Below, in pieces: positions 13,255 through 26,544 of a DNA stretch of 64,000 nt (position 1 is the first letter of the stretch; every line of letters starts with the position of its first letter). The translations under genes were made by a program, and so were the position numbers. A model generated the notes under the pieces. It saw nothing but the letters and a program-made list of their open reading frames with translations. It searched no databases and was not told the origin of the DNA. Source of the DNA: Octopus vulgaris (lineage: Eukaryota); contig OX597819.1 in NCBI GenBank assembly GCA_951406725.2, positions 112,530,001-112,594,000 on the forward strand. Reading direction: 5' to 3'.

Positions 13255-14830
13255 ACCTGGATCAACTGGATCAGCCAGGCTGTCTGGTGCCAAGTTGGCT
13301 TCACTGGCCACAACATTTGGTCCGTTCCCCTCATACTCTTGCCATTCCAAACATTTTTCGTAAAATCATCTTCCCACCTCATTGGCAGTTTTCCGAGTGG
13401 TCTCTTCCACTCATGCGGGTACCACTTGACAACTGCATGGGTTGACCAATTGTCTGTGAACCTTGTGACATACATGACTGGCCCATTGTAGCTTTGAGTG
13501 GTGGTATTCTGCGACAGCGTCCTTCACTCCAGTTCTATCCCTGATCTCCTCATTCTGGATATGATCTCTTAGCAAGATTCCCAACATCAACCTTTCCATA
13601 GCTTTCTGCACCGTAAGCGGATGTTGTTGTTCTCCCTTTTTCAAGGTCCGAGTCTCTCATGCATATAACATTGCAGGCAAGACTGTGCTGTTGAAGATGC
13701 CTTGTCCAGGTCCACCTTCAGCACATCCTTCACTGAGTAGAATGCTCTCTATCTCCAACAACATATGTGGTCTGATCAATAAGTATCTGGACTGTTGCCA
13801 TAGCAATGAAGCTAAAGCATGCAGAGTAAAGCTGCTTGGTGCAGATTGACCTTGAACTATGTTGTGCATGTTCACAAAGTTTTAAGGAAGGCATGTAGCG
13901 TGTGAGGATTGCATTGACTATGACAGAGAAATTTGAGCAGAGAATCTACATTGAATTTTGCCAAAAGCTTCATGATATCTGCTCAGTGGCCTACACAAAG
14001 TTTTCAAGAAGTTTTCATTATTTTTGACACAATCAAGATCTTGTGCAACTGAAACCCAAGTGTCTTTTTGGTCAACTGAAAGCAGTTTTGGCACAAACTT
14101 GGCAGACACATGTCTCATACCCAAATCTTCAGGGATTATGGACAGAGCTGAATCTTAATTAATTTGCACATCCTATGATAACTCATGGATTGTGATTTGA
14201 CGATTTTTCCTCACAGCTGTATGCACATCTGCAATGTTTTTCTCAGTTCTTCTGGTTGCAGATCTCCCAAAACGTTTGTAGATAATGACATTTTTTCAGC
14301 CATCTTGGAAATGTCTCAACCATTCGTACACTTGTGTGCAGCTCATACACTCTTCCCCATACACTTTCTGCAAACTTGCATAGGCCTCTGAGCAGATATC
14401 ACCATGACAACTTTCTCTGTCATGGTCAATGCAATGATCACACGCTACACACCTTCCTTCCAAGCACTGCTGTAAACAGCAGAAGTGAGCTAGAATGTTA
14501 AATCTTAGTGCACATGCACAGCAGAGTTCAAGGTCAGTCTGTGCCCAGCAGCTTTATACTCTGCGTGCTTTAGTTTCGTTACTATGGCAACAATCCGAAT
14601 ACTTCTTGATCAGACCTAGTACATTATATCACACATAAATACAAACTGTCTTACCTCCTCCAGTATGCTCCTAACGGATGTTCAGGTTGCTGGATGATCA
14701 ACTGAGGGTTTGATGGAAGGGATGGGTTGATCTACAGACAAAAATTTGAGGGTTTAGAAACAGCAAATGTTTGGTGTAGGGAAGTGTGATCGGAGCAGGT
14801 TGCTACATAACGACTGCATTGTTGTATTTA
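13255..14830 (-). mobile_element. RTE-clade LINE fragment interrupted by a mariner
   Basis: NSTVLPAMLYA...AMERLMLGI.LRDHIQNEEIRDRTGVKD...KRPLGKLPMRWEDD; LEEVRQFVF resumes beyond the mariner; upstream boundary approximate. Confidence 0.7.
13766..14619 (-). mobile_element. Rearranged mariner element with long inverted 5' ends and TA TSD
   Basis: TIR GGTCTGATCAA.AAGTAT..GGA.TGTTGCCATAG at both ends, flanked by TA; transposase remnant VSAKFVPKLL and MTEK.EQRI.I.FCQKL. Confidence 0.8.
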
Positions 14831-14985
14831 TTGTCTATTAAACAACCTGAAGGTATGTATTGTTCACTTTCATAGCTGTAATTATTATCATTACTTAGCA
14901 CCTAGAACGTCATGCCTGCCTCTTTTGTTTCGTATTGCTCTGTGCTGCTACTCATGTGATCTGTCTGATGCATAGGTCTGTCTCC

Positions 14986-15029
<44 letters not shown>

Positions 15030-15293
15030 GAGAGAGAGAGAGAGAATGAGAAAGATTAAAAGGTTATGGTATCCACCTCCACAACATATATGTATATATA
15101 TATACAGAGAAGGGAAAAGAAAGGATTATGGTTCTCTCTTATACATTACCATATATATATGTGTGTGTGTGTGTGTATGTGTGTGAGTGTATGGGGGTAT
15201 AGGGGTGTACATGTGTGTATGCATGTATTAATATATATATGCACACACATACACACGAACATGCAAACATACATACATATATACATACATACA

Positions 15294-15324
<31 letters not shown>

Positions 15325-15539
15325 CTCTGTGTGTGTGTATTTATGAGACATATATAAGAAAGTGAAAAGATTAGCTTCCCAAAATGTGTGTGTTTGTGTG
15401 TGTATACATATATCTGCATGTGTGTGTGTGTGAGTGTGTGTGTGTGTGTGTGTATGTTTGTTTGCGTGTGTGTGTGGTGTGTGTAAGTGTGTGTGAGCAA
15501 TTAAATTCAGTTTTTAGTTTATATAGCCATAAAAACAGA

Positions 15540-16210
15540 ACATTAACTTAATAAAGGACTCATAACAGGTATAGACTCAGATATTCTAAATATCTGAATA
15601 ATGCGTTGCTAAAGAATATTCGAGGCTGGAATACTTTGTAACTGAAATCAGCAAGAAACTATTGATACTGTTGCAGCGCTCAAGGAATACAATATATTTG
15701 AACTTTACCATGTGAAGAATTCACTTCATTATTCTCGTCTGTCAGGAAAGTTATGTAATGCGAAATAAGAAGTCTTGAAACAAGGTATCTTCTAACCGCA
15801 GTAATTTTCCACCAGAATATATCTTTATATATAAAAGTGAAGTTGTGTGTCTGTCTCCTACGATTTAGATTCCTAACTACTCCCACATTTTGCGGTGCAG
15901 TTTAACCAAAACCGGGTATCTTATAGTCGTGATTCATATCGAGCCCTTCTGGGTATTAGCGCACATCTACGATGAGTCTACGATTAAAAAAAAAATTTAC
16001 CATAATTTTTTTTCCCATTTTTAATGCAATTTTTTGCTATTATATAAGGGAAGTAACTCTCTAAAAATGCTTATATAGTTATTTCCCTTACAAACCCGAG
16101 CAACGCCGGGCGATACTGCTAGTAAATAATAAAACTGCAGCTGAAACCAGTTTGAGAATAGCTTATTTGTTAGCAAAGAAAGAAAAACCATTTACTGAAG
16201 GTGAATTAGT
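15540..16210 (+). mobile_element. hAT (Charlie/Buster, GTF2IRD2/EPM2AIP1-like) transposase fossil, 5' part
   Basis: TVAALKEYNI..YH...YSRLSGK before the Helitron and TSLRIAYLLAKKEKPFTEGEL after it. Confidence 0.7.
15822..16122 (+). mobile_element. Non-autonomous Helitron, copy 1 (internally deleted)
   Basis: A|TCTTTATATATAAAAG start; subterminal hairpin CCCGAGCAACGCCGGG; CTAG|T end; no TSD. Confidence 0.88.
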
Positions 16211-16947
16211 TTATCGCCATTGTCACCAGGAGTTTTGGTTGGCTGTAGAGTAAGTTTATTATGGGTTGTGCTGAGTTGCGTGCTGCAAACAGGAAACTCA
16301 GACATTTGATAATTTATTTAAAATAAAGGCTGTACACAAGCACGCATACATACACACATAAACACACACATACACATACACACACACATACATACACACA
16401 CGCACGAACTTTCATTGTAAGGTGACTTAAGATATAGGTATTGACTTTCGGTGTCTACATTGTACAGTCATCAATGACTTACGCTAGAGACAGGAACAAA
16501 TTGGTCTTGAATGAATACTGAGATGTGAGTTTTACCGAATCTGTTCACTTCTCTGGTTTGTTTTGGGCAAGAGTGAAATAATGTGTCTTTACTGAGAGAT
16601 AAGATGTTAGTCCGCCAAATCTTGCTAAAACTCTACCCTGGTCTGGCTTGCTTGTGGTGATAGGTAAGATGTGTGTTCCCTGCTTGCTCTCAACCTCTGC
16701 CAAGATTCTTGGCACCAGACAAATTATAAATAGAAGAAAACGTCAGAATCTTAAGGACATTCACATTTGTCCTGACTTTGTGGTATAATCTGCAAGTCGA
16801 TTAGTTGATAAATTGGATATACACGTAATGATTGCATGGTCCATTCATGACAACAGCTTGTTAACTTAGAAAATGGAGTTCAAATCCTAGATTTCATTGC
16901 TAATTGAAGAGATATGTCCAGAAAAATCATATAGTCATTGAAAGTTA

Positions 16948-18260
16948 CACTGTACAACAAATTATGAAGTTGACTATGCTAAATTCGAATTTTATAGCTA
17001 AAATTTCCCATCGCGTCAAATTTTCTCCTAAATTACCGACTTAATAACTATGGAATTTAAACCAATTTCCACGATACCATAAATTTATTTTGCTCCCAAA
17101 GTCAGATTAAATATGTCCATTGTAATTAATTCCTGAATATATAATGGATCGGCATGTTTGTTAGCATTATATAATGTATTAATCTATATTTTAGTATTTA
17201 CTTCGTTTATAAGACATCTCATGCTTCAGGTTCCAGTATAGCTGAGCTCCATTTTCCCCTTATACCTGTTTTCCATTGACGCAATATCTTGATGGAACCG
17301 CTCTCCATGTTCATCACTCACATTTACTGTATTCTCTGGGAAGGAGGACAGATGAGAATGAAGAATGTGTATCTTCGGTGACATACTGCATCGGAAATCT
17401 TGGTAGCATTTGATTAGGCTCTCCACTATACTCTCTCAGTGGGCCACTTAGTACTTTCCCAGAACTTCTTTGTATACAACTTTGAATGCATGCCAGGCTG
17501 CTAGCTCAGTTTCATCCATTGTTGCCTCGAAGTCCTCATCAGTTATAAGTTGATAAATCTGAGGGCTTATGAATATGGCTTGTTATGTTGCAGTACTTTG
17601 GTAAATTGCTTCATTAGGCCTAGTTTTATATGCAGTTGTGGCAAAATGATTTTCTCCTTCTTAACTTGTGGCTCATGATTTACATCATGGCATCCTTGTG
17701 ACATAGTTTCCCGAGGTGGCCATTCTGAGCATACATAATGTTCTGATCTGGCCCTGCTGTCCCACTTACAAAGGAAGCACATAAACTTGGTGTATCCAGT
17801 TTGTAGTTCATTAAGTAGGGCTACTACTTGTGAGTCCACACAAATTAGCCACACGTGCTCCTTGTCGACTAAAAGCAAGGTTCTCATACGTTTCTCTTAA
17901 AATGACTGACTGAGCAATTGGAACTGAAGGTATGGTGATCTTCCGAATGTGCAAGAGAACCGCATTTATGCTGTAAAGGGATGCATCTATGAACGACTTC
18001 TACTCATTTGGTTTATAGGTTAGCCCAAGGCCAGTGAATAGGTCAATACAATAAGTTAAATTGTTTTCCAAAGTGAAGAATTGCTGTAGATCTGCAAAAT
18101 GCTTCCTAAATACTGTAATTCAAGCATCTTCATCCAACAGATTCCATTGTTGCGGACTTGAGGCCAGGACTTCACTTTGTTGCTTAGTAAGTGTTAGATC
18201 ATGAACTAGATCATTGAGTTCAGGTCGGGTGATGGGGTGTGGTTTCTTGTCAGATTTACA
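16948..18260 (-). mobile_element. CMC-superfamily (Chapaev3-like) transposase pseudogene
   Basis: GYTKFMCFLCKWDSR (CxxC), LPQLHIKLGLMKQF (LH), KIHILHSHL (HxxxH), VSDEHGERFHQDI; CACTG terminus at 16948; frameshifted. Subfamily call from memory. Confidence 0.7.
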
Positions 18261-18689
18261 ACAGATGTGGACCCATATAACTATAAAAATATTGAGTGTA
18301 CTTCATAATTTTCATAGGTTAGGTTGACAAATACCCTGGTCTGGCTTGCTTGTGATGATAGGTAAGATGTGTGTTTTTACCTATCACCACATTAAAATTA
18401 TATCAAAATCCATTCATAACTTTTAGAGTTGACAGTTTCGGTCCAATCCTGTTTGCAATCAATTCCTACGGAACCATCAGTGTATTTAACGTAAGATAGT
18501 AATTTAGGAGAAATTGGATGGTCACATAAAGAAATGGATGTTATATATTCCTTATCTACACACAAAATACACCTAGTAAAGGTTATTCTCATTTCTGTTT
18601 TTTTTTTTTTTGTTATAGTGTTATTAGTTTTCATGCAAAAACTAAGCAGTTGAAATTACATCATGCACCAAATATACAACAAAGCACAA

Positions 18690-19380
18690 GATTTCCACTG
18701 GTTTTCATTGGCTCTTAATGAATCAATCTTAATGTCAGACTATTCAGTATTTTTTTTTTTTTTTTGAGAATCAACGTTGACTTTAACGTGACAGAAGGAC
18801 ATTCTTCATTAATGAGCGTGCATGGGCAGGGATGGACTGCAGGTGAAAACGTTTTCAAATGCATTTTCAGAGAGGAGGTAAAAATGTCGACAAAGTACAA
18901 TCTGGTTTGGAAACGGCTTAAGTGTATTACAAGCGATAGAGGGAAAGTATTTGAGGTGTAGGAGAAGATTTCATTAGACAAGTCTACAAAGCTTATGATA
19001 GTATAGGATGAACAAAATCTAAGTGATTCACTTCATCATTCAACAGCAGTAAACATTTATGTCTGTCAAGTGAAAATGAGCCAATTTTATCAAGGGTGAA
19101 TTTTATTTAGTTGCATACCATCAATCATCATTAGTTTCCAGTTTTCTTAGGAAATAAAAGGTGGATATAGCGATTTGCTGCACCGCACTGCTGTAAGATG
19201 GTTGGCGAATGGTTCAGTCATCTCACGATTGTTTTGTTTTGGTTTTGAACTTCAGAAAGCGATTGACAATTTTTACGATTGAGAAAATTTTTGTTCAGTC
19301 GCTGCTTGTAAATGGTGAATGGTTATGGAAATTAGCTGACTTAATGATGCATCTTAATGAGTTCAATGTTAGATAACAAA
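18690..19380 (+). mobile_element. hAT transposase fossil, 3' part (same family as 15540-16210)
   Basis: NVDFNVTE...MSVHG..TAGENVF..KYNLVWKRLKCITSD; YSDLLHRTAVRWLANG; EWLWKLA..MMHLNEFN. Confidence 0.75.
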
Positions 19381-20974
19381 ACGTCTCTCCCAATATGCTT
19401 GAATATCCAATAGTGTTGATGTATATTTCATTCAGTTATGTTTTTTTTTTTTTTTGGTAATGGCCTTGAAGAATATTCTGGTATTCAAATATTTGTTCTT
19501 CTATAAGTGTTCACAATTAGATTTTTTTTTTCTCTTTCATACTGGTTCCTTCCATTTCCATTTCACTAATGAAAATTTATGTCGATAGAATTGATCTCAA
19601 AACAAGTATCGTGCTAAAGCTACTCTGATACAAACTAAAGCTGAAACATTAACTCTTGATACCAACCCATCTGAGACTCCCTCTAGTTCTTCGATATAAA
19701 ACGTAATATTTTCAAGCGTTTATATTGACAGTAAATTAAAACCTTCCATCATAATTTTATATATACTCTTTTATCAAGTTATGTTTCAAAGAACAACTGA
19801 AAAGATAAGTTATTTTACTAACTCCTGCCAAATTCTTGATTATTTTTAAAATTCACAGAAGTATGTAGATTGTGTTTCATTATAAATATGATCATGAAAG
19901 AGTGAAATTACATTTAGACTTTGAAGGCACACACACACACACACACACACATTTACACCCCTACCCCATACAAGATATCCCAGTGATAAACTACAGCATT
20001 GTTATCTGAAATGGACAGTATTTCTATTCACGAGTGAGATTTTACTTCATCCATTGATGCAACACTGCCAATATTGTTTATAGAACTGGCGCCGAGCGGG
20101 CAGAAAAGTTGGCATGCTGAGTGAAAAGCTTAGCGGTATTTCATCTGCCATTACATTCTGAGTTCAAATTGCGCCATGGTCGACTTTACCTTTCATCCTT
20201 TTGGGGTCGATTAAATAAGTACCAGTTACGCACTGAGGTCGATATAATCGACTTAATCCGTTTGTCTGTCCTTGTTTGTCCCCTCTGTGTTTAGCCCCTT
20301 GTGGGTAGTAAAGAAATAGGTATTTCATCTGCCGCTATGTTCTGAGTTCAAATTCCGCCGAGGTCGACTTTGCCTTTCATTCTTTCGGGGTCGATTAAAT
20401 AAGTACCAGTTACGCACTGGAGTCAATATAATCGACTCAATCTGTTTGCCTGTCGTTGATTGTCCCCTGTGTATGTAGTAAAGAAATAAGAATCGTGGGC
20501 ATGCCGGACAAAATGCTTTGCGGCATTTCGTCCGCCTTTATGTTCTGAGTTCAAATTCCGCTGAGGTCGAATTTGCCTTTCATCCTTTCATAGTCTATAA
20601 AATAAGAACCAGTTGAACACTGAGATTGGTGTAATCGACTTACCCCTCACACGAAATTGCTGGCCTAGTGCCAAAATTTGAAACCGATATTATTTATAGA
20701 ATTCCAGGTGAACTTAGTATCCATTGGACCTAGAGGGAGTCTGTGTGACAATACTAGAGTCTATAAGAAACTTAGCCCAGTACTCTACTATATTTCATAT
20801 TTCAATATCCCACACTATAAGTACCAGTTACGCAATGGGGTCGATGTAATCGACTTAATCTCTTTGTCTGTCCTTGTTTGGCCCCTCTGCCACCACCACC
20901 CCTGTGGGCAATAAAGAAATAAATATCCCACACTGTGGTATGTATATTAAAACTACGTAATTTTCTATTTCCAG

Positions 20975-21044
20975 GTTGGGTCCTTGAACGCTTGTTTCAT
21001 GGCTAAACGTGGATTTAAGGTTTCACTGTATGAATTACGAAAAG
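20975..21044 (+). CDS. KMO: KMO coding exon 2 (VGSLNACFMAKRGFKVSLYELRK)
   Basis: ttttctatttccAG acceptor, GTAAGG donor, 70 nt; completes the GGGLVG motif with exon 1. Confidence 0.95.
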
Positions 21045-22031
21045 GTAAGGGTTTCAATTTCTCTCTCATCATTGTTTGCTATCATCACTTCATCACTATC
21101 ATCATCATACCAACAACCTTCAATATTGTCATTGTTGCCATTGTTGTTGCCAGCATCACCATCAACATCATCATCATCATCATCATCATCATCAGTGTCG
21201 TTGTCGTCGTCGTCATCATCATCATCGTTGTTGTCGTCGTCAAGATAAAACAATGCTTAAATAATATTAAAAATATAAGTATATGCCATGATTAATATGT
21301 GTTTGTATACTATGTGTGTGTGTGTGTGTGCTGTGTGTGTGTGTGTGTATGTGTGTGACAAACAGACGCTGTCTGACCAAATACCGCAGGCACACGGACA
21401 CATCTATTCACACCCGCATACTCACCTCCCAATAACCCCAAAATCATTGATGCTTGAAGGGGAACCATAAACAAAACTGGGTACACATTTTTTTCTCTCA
21501 ATTCAACTTTTCAGCTAAAGTGAACAGGTCAGTAAAAACAAATTCTCGCCTTCAATTCAAAATATTCTGAGATGTATAAAATATCCATTTTAATTTTTTC
21601 TGTCAATATTACAAATTTTCTCACCAAACTATTGCACTTCCTTATGTCTTTAACATGTCCTTTCTACCAAAGACTGTATATATATACATGTAATGTGACA
21701 ATTTGCGACAACCAATAATTAACGCAACCAAATTTCCAATAATATATTTGTTTTATTCTTTTCTGCCAATTTTTCCAAATATTCTCATCATACTATTGAA
21801 CTTCTTTATGCCCTTAACATATCTCTGTTACCAAACACTATATTTATACATGTAATGTGACAATTATGTATAAAAAAACATTTTTGAATTCATAATATTC
21901 AATGTGACAATTATGTAAAAAACTTTTTTGAACCCATAATATTCAATGTTACTTTTGACAATCTTTTACCAAAGAGTGAAACCGGTTAAGTAAATAAACA
22001 TCTTTTAAATTGCATTTTCAAACCTTCTTTC

Positions 22032-22091
<60 letters not shown>

Positions 22092-22245
22092 GTTTACATA
22101 TTTATTGGCTGATTTCATTCATTTACTTGCACCACTTAAGCACATGTTTGTTATCATTTGATAAATAAATATAATGGAATGTTTACTACCTGATGTTTGT
22201 CGATTTTATATCCTCTCTGTTTTCCTATTTGCCTTATATATATAA

Positions 22246-23900
22246 TCATTGTTTAACGTCCGCTTTCCACACTAGCATGGGTTAGACGATTTGATTGAGG
22301 GCTGGCGAACCAGATGGCTGCACCAGGATCCAATCTTGATCTGGCAGAGTTTCTACAGCTGGATGCCCTTCCTAACGCCAACCACTCCAAGAGTGTAGTG
22401 GGTGCTTTTTATGTGCCACCGGCACGGGGCCAGTCAGGCGGTACTGGCCACGACTCACTCAAATCATTTTACACGTGCCATCGACACAAATGCCAGTAAG
22501 GCGATGCTGGTAACGATCAAGCTCGAATGGTGCCTTTTACGTGCCGCTGGCACGGAGGTCAGATAGACGCTCTGGCAACGATCATGCTCGGATGGTGCTC
22601 TTAATATCCCACCAGCACGGGGCTCAAGTGCCATAAAGGCAACGCTGGTAACGATCACATTCGAATGGTGCCTTTTATGTGCCACTGGCATGGAAGCCGG
22701 TTAGCCGCTCTGTCAACGATCACACTCGTATGGTGCTCTTTGCACCCCACTAGCACGGATGTCAGTCATCGAATTTGATTTTGATGTTGATTTCACTTGC
22801 CTCAACAGGTATTCGCAAGCAGACTTTTATTATTCAAAGAAGGAAAAGGTACGCATAAGTGCGCTGGTTACGCTCCTGGCATAGGCCACGAGGTTATGGT
22901 CACATTTGGCTTGCCAGGTTTTCTCAAGCACAGCATATTTCCAAAAGTCTTGGTCACTAATCATTTCCTTGGTGAGGCCTAAAGTTCGAAGGTTGTGCTT
23001 CACCACCTCGTCCCAGGTCTTACTGGGTCAACCTCTTCCACAGGTTCCCTCAACCGCTAGGGTGTGGCACTTTTTCACATAGCTATCCTCATCCATTCTT
23101 GCCACATGACCATACCAGCGCAGTCATCTCTCTTGCACACCACATCTGATGCTTCTTAGGTCCAACATTTCTCTCAAGGTACTTACACTCTGTCGAGTAT
23201 GCACACTCACATTACACATCCATCAGATCATACTGGCTTCATTCCTTGCGAGCTTACGCATGTCCTCAGCAGTCACAGCCCATGTTTCACTGCCATGTAG
23301 CATGGCTGTTCATACACAAGCGTTATACAGTCTACCTTTTACTCTGAGCGAGAGGCTCTTTGTCACCAGCAGAGGTAAGAGCTCTCTGAACTGTGTCCAA
23401 GCTATTCTTATTCTAGCAACTACACTTTCAGTGCACCCTCCCCTGCTACTGACTTGGTCACCTATATAACGGAAGCTATCCACTACTTCTAGTTTTTCTC
23501 CCTGGAATGTGGCGGAAGTTGTTCTCTGCACATTTTCAGTGTTTTTTGCTCCCGAGCATCTGCCACATACAAAAACTATCTTTCCAGTTAGCCTTCCTTT
23601 GATATTACTGCACCTCTTATGTGTTCATAGCTTACACTGGGTACTTCTTATAGAGTTTCTACTTATGCCTCTACTACAGATTGATCAGGGCCATCCACCT
23701 GAAGGGATTTGTGGTTTACCTGCCTTCCTACTTATTAGGACTTTAGTTTTAGCTAGGTTGGTTCTAAGGCCCTTCGATTCTAATCTTTGTTTCCACACTT
23801 GAAACTTCTCCTCTAGTTCTGATAGTGACTCAGCAATTAGAGCAAGGTCATCAGCACAGAGGAGCTCCCAGGGGCATCCTATGTTATTGCCTGGAAGACT
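22246..23900 (-). mobile_element. 5'-truncated RTE-clade LINE with RT remnant and repeat-rich 3' UTR
   Basis: GCPWELLCADDLAL (YADD decayed), NLAKTKVL, LEVVDSFRYIGD, RVKGRLYNACV; 3' UTR ends in GGACGTTAAAC, a tail shared with dispersed short copies (about 1-60, 6940-7100, 60990-61135, 62175-62350). Confidence 0.85.
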
Positions 23901-23903
23901 ATA

Positions 23904-23934
<31 letters not shown>

Positions 23935-23937
<3 letters not shown>

Positions 23938-24680
23938 TTCTTCCCGCTCGTGTGTGACACTTCTGTCTGGCAGTCGCCATGATAGATCGTTAGACACTAC
24001 ACACATTTTTTCTCTCCTTGTTTTTTCTGTGTCCCTTTCTGTAGAAGAGCGTAGGCTCGAAATGTAAAAGACTTTTTCTATTCCTGAGCGTTATACTAAT
24101 ACATCTGTTTGTTTTGTACACCACCTGTCTTCGTCTTCTGTTTTTTTTTTGTAAATTCTCCCTATATATCACACGCTCACGTGGTCGCACATGTTGATCC
24201 TGTCATTTCTTACAACACACGAACTTCTCCACCGGACTCTCTATCTACCCTCTACGGATTCCCGTTTGGACATTTACCCTCCGGCTGTACCCCTCCTACC
24301 TACGGATCACTGTGGACTCTACTCTTGATGAGAAATCCTTGCAATACACCACAACGTCAAAACCTGTGAACGTTACGTAAAACTGTTATTATTATCATTA
24401 CTTTATTTTTATACTTTCTAAACATCCTTGCATTTTCTGGTCTTATCTCCCCTACTTCTTCCCTCTCATGTGTCGCCATGATAGATCATTAGCCACTACA
24501 CACATTTTTTCCTCTCCTTATTTCTCTCTTTGTTTTTTCTGTGTCCCTTTCTGTAGAAGAGCATAGGCTCGAAACATAAACGACTTTTTCTATTCCTGAG
24601 CGTTATACTAATACATCGGTTTGTTTTGTACACCACCTGTCTTTGTCTTTTGTTTTTTCGTGAATTCTCCCTATATATAT
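23935..24680 (+). mobile_element. Penelope-like/retrozyme-type partial tandem repeat with two hammerhead-like motifs 512 nt apart
   Basis: About 230-bp direct repeats (23935-24168, 24454-24678), each with CTTT CTGTAGA A GAGC-RTAG-GCTC GAAA NN TA AA; flanked by (TA)n. Confidence 0.7.
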
Positions 24681-24727
24681 ATATCATATATGTGTGTGTA
24701 TGTATATATATATATATGTATGTATGC

Positions 24728-24762
<35 letters not shown>

Positions 24763-24963
24763 AATAATAGTATAAAGGAATATTATTCCAAATAAGCCAC
24801 ACACACAGGTATATAGAGATATCTAAACACACATGCACATATATGTGTGTGTGTATTTATAGAGAAAGAAATAGAAGGATGTACATATATGTAGATATGA
24901 CTATATAATGCATATGTATATAAATATATATAAATGCTAATATAAGCGTATAAAATATTTCCA

Positions 24964-25003
<40 letters not shown>

Positions 25004-25038
25004 TTATAAATAATGCCAATTATTTTTGTATTTTTCAG

Positions 25039-25226
25039 ACATCAGAAAAGAAACCCATGTAAGTGGCCGGAGTATAAACTTGGCCCTTTCTGAACGGGGT
25101 TTGTCAGCACTAAATGAGGTGGGGCTGCGGGAGAAGGTCAGACCCTTTGGCATCCCTATGTATGCACGGATGATACACAATAGGGATAGCACCAAGAAGA
25201 GGATACCCTATGGCAGAGAAAATCAA
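25039..25226 (+). CDS. KMO: KMO coding exon 3 (DIRKETHVSGRSINLALSERG...IPMYARMIH...IPYGRENQ)
   Basis: KMO signature GRSINLALS and ARMIH; tttttcAG/GTAAGT; 188 nt, phase 1 to 0. Confidence 0.97.
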
Positions 25227-25840
25227 GTAAGTTGGTTGGTGACTATTATGGTGATTATTATGATGTTGATGGTGTTGATAAATAATGTGATGGTGGTGAT
25301 GGTGGTGATGATGTTGACAGTGGTGATGATGTTGGTGGTGATGATGGTGATGTTGGTGAGGGGGAGTTAGTAATCATGAAATGGTAATCGTAACAGATCA
25401 ACCCTGACTGAGCAGATCAATGATTAATCCATTCCAGTCATGACCATCCCATCTGCTTTCATGCAATGTGCACTCCATATTACATTATACAACTTTTTTT
25501 AAGGTGATAGGATTTGATTTGAGGTAGATTTGGTTGTTATATCTAGCTACTGGAATAACTATACCGGGGCTTCCTTGTTAAACTGTGGATATGATGAAGG
25601 TTTTAATAATTGTGATATTGGTGTTGTTGCTATTGTTGTTTGACTCCAGGTCAGCCTTAATTGAGCAGACTGAAGCATTCCAGCTGTAGCAGTTCCTTGT
25701 TTTGAATGACTAGCTTATGCTCCAAAGTGTCCTTCCTTTTGCTAATATAGAATTTGGCTGCTATTTCTTGCAAGTCAATTCAACACATATACGTTCCTTC
25801 ATTGGTGATGGTGCAGGTAATGGTGATACTGTTGATGATG

Positions 25841-25887
<47 letters not shown>

Positions 25888-26005
25888 GGTGGTGGTGGTG
25901 ATGATGATGATGGTGGTGGTGGTGGTGGTGGTGGTGATGATGATGATGGTGGTGATAATGATAATGATAATGACGATGATGACAGTGTTGATGATGATGA
26001 ATATA

Positions 26006-26037
<32 letters not shown>

Positions 26038-26544
26038 CGTGATGATGATGATGATGATGGTATTGGCTGATGGTGGTGATAATAACTATGTAGTTATTTA
26101 ACCCTAAGTCAGCCCTGATCAAGTATGACTATGATCAAAGTCATACCAGTCCAAAGAACCTGGTCATCTTTTCTGATATCTTTGTTAAAAGAGGTACGGT
26201 AGTTACACATGACCTTTCTGTGTAACTGCCTTTGAGAGAGACTGGCTTGGTCTGAATGCTTGTTACAGAGCAGACACCACTAAAGATTCAGGTGGCAGAG
26301 TTAAAATGAAAGACCACTCGAGACCAGAGACAATCCATTGGATCAGCCTCTGCAGCACCACCTTAAAAGGTTTTACTCAAAGAATTAGACCCCAGGACTT
26401 ATTCTTTGTAAGTCTCGTACTTATTCTATCAGTCTCTTTTGGCAAACCTCTAAGTTACAGGGATGCAAACACACCAGCATCAGTTGTTAAGCAATGGTGT
26501 GGGGACAAACACAGACACAAAGACATACACACATAAATATATAC

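Noticed and set aside
17226-17887. Host gene nested antisense in KMO intron 1
   Set aside because: Frameshifted transposase fragments without splice structure
21595-21950. About 165-bp and 47-bp diverged tandem duplications
   Set aside because: AT-rich, probably internal repeats of an old non-autonomous DNA element; no termini could be supported
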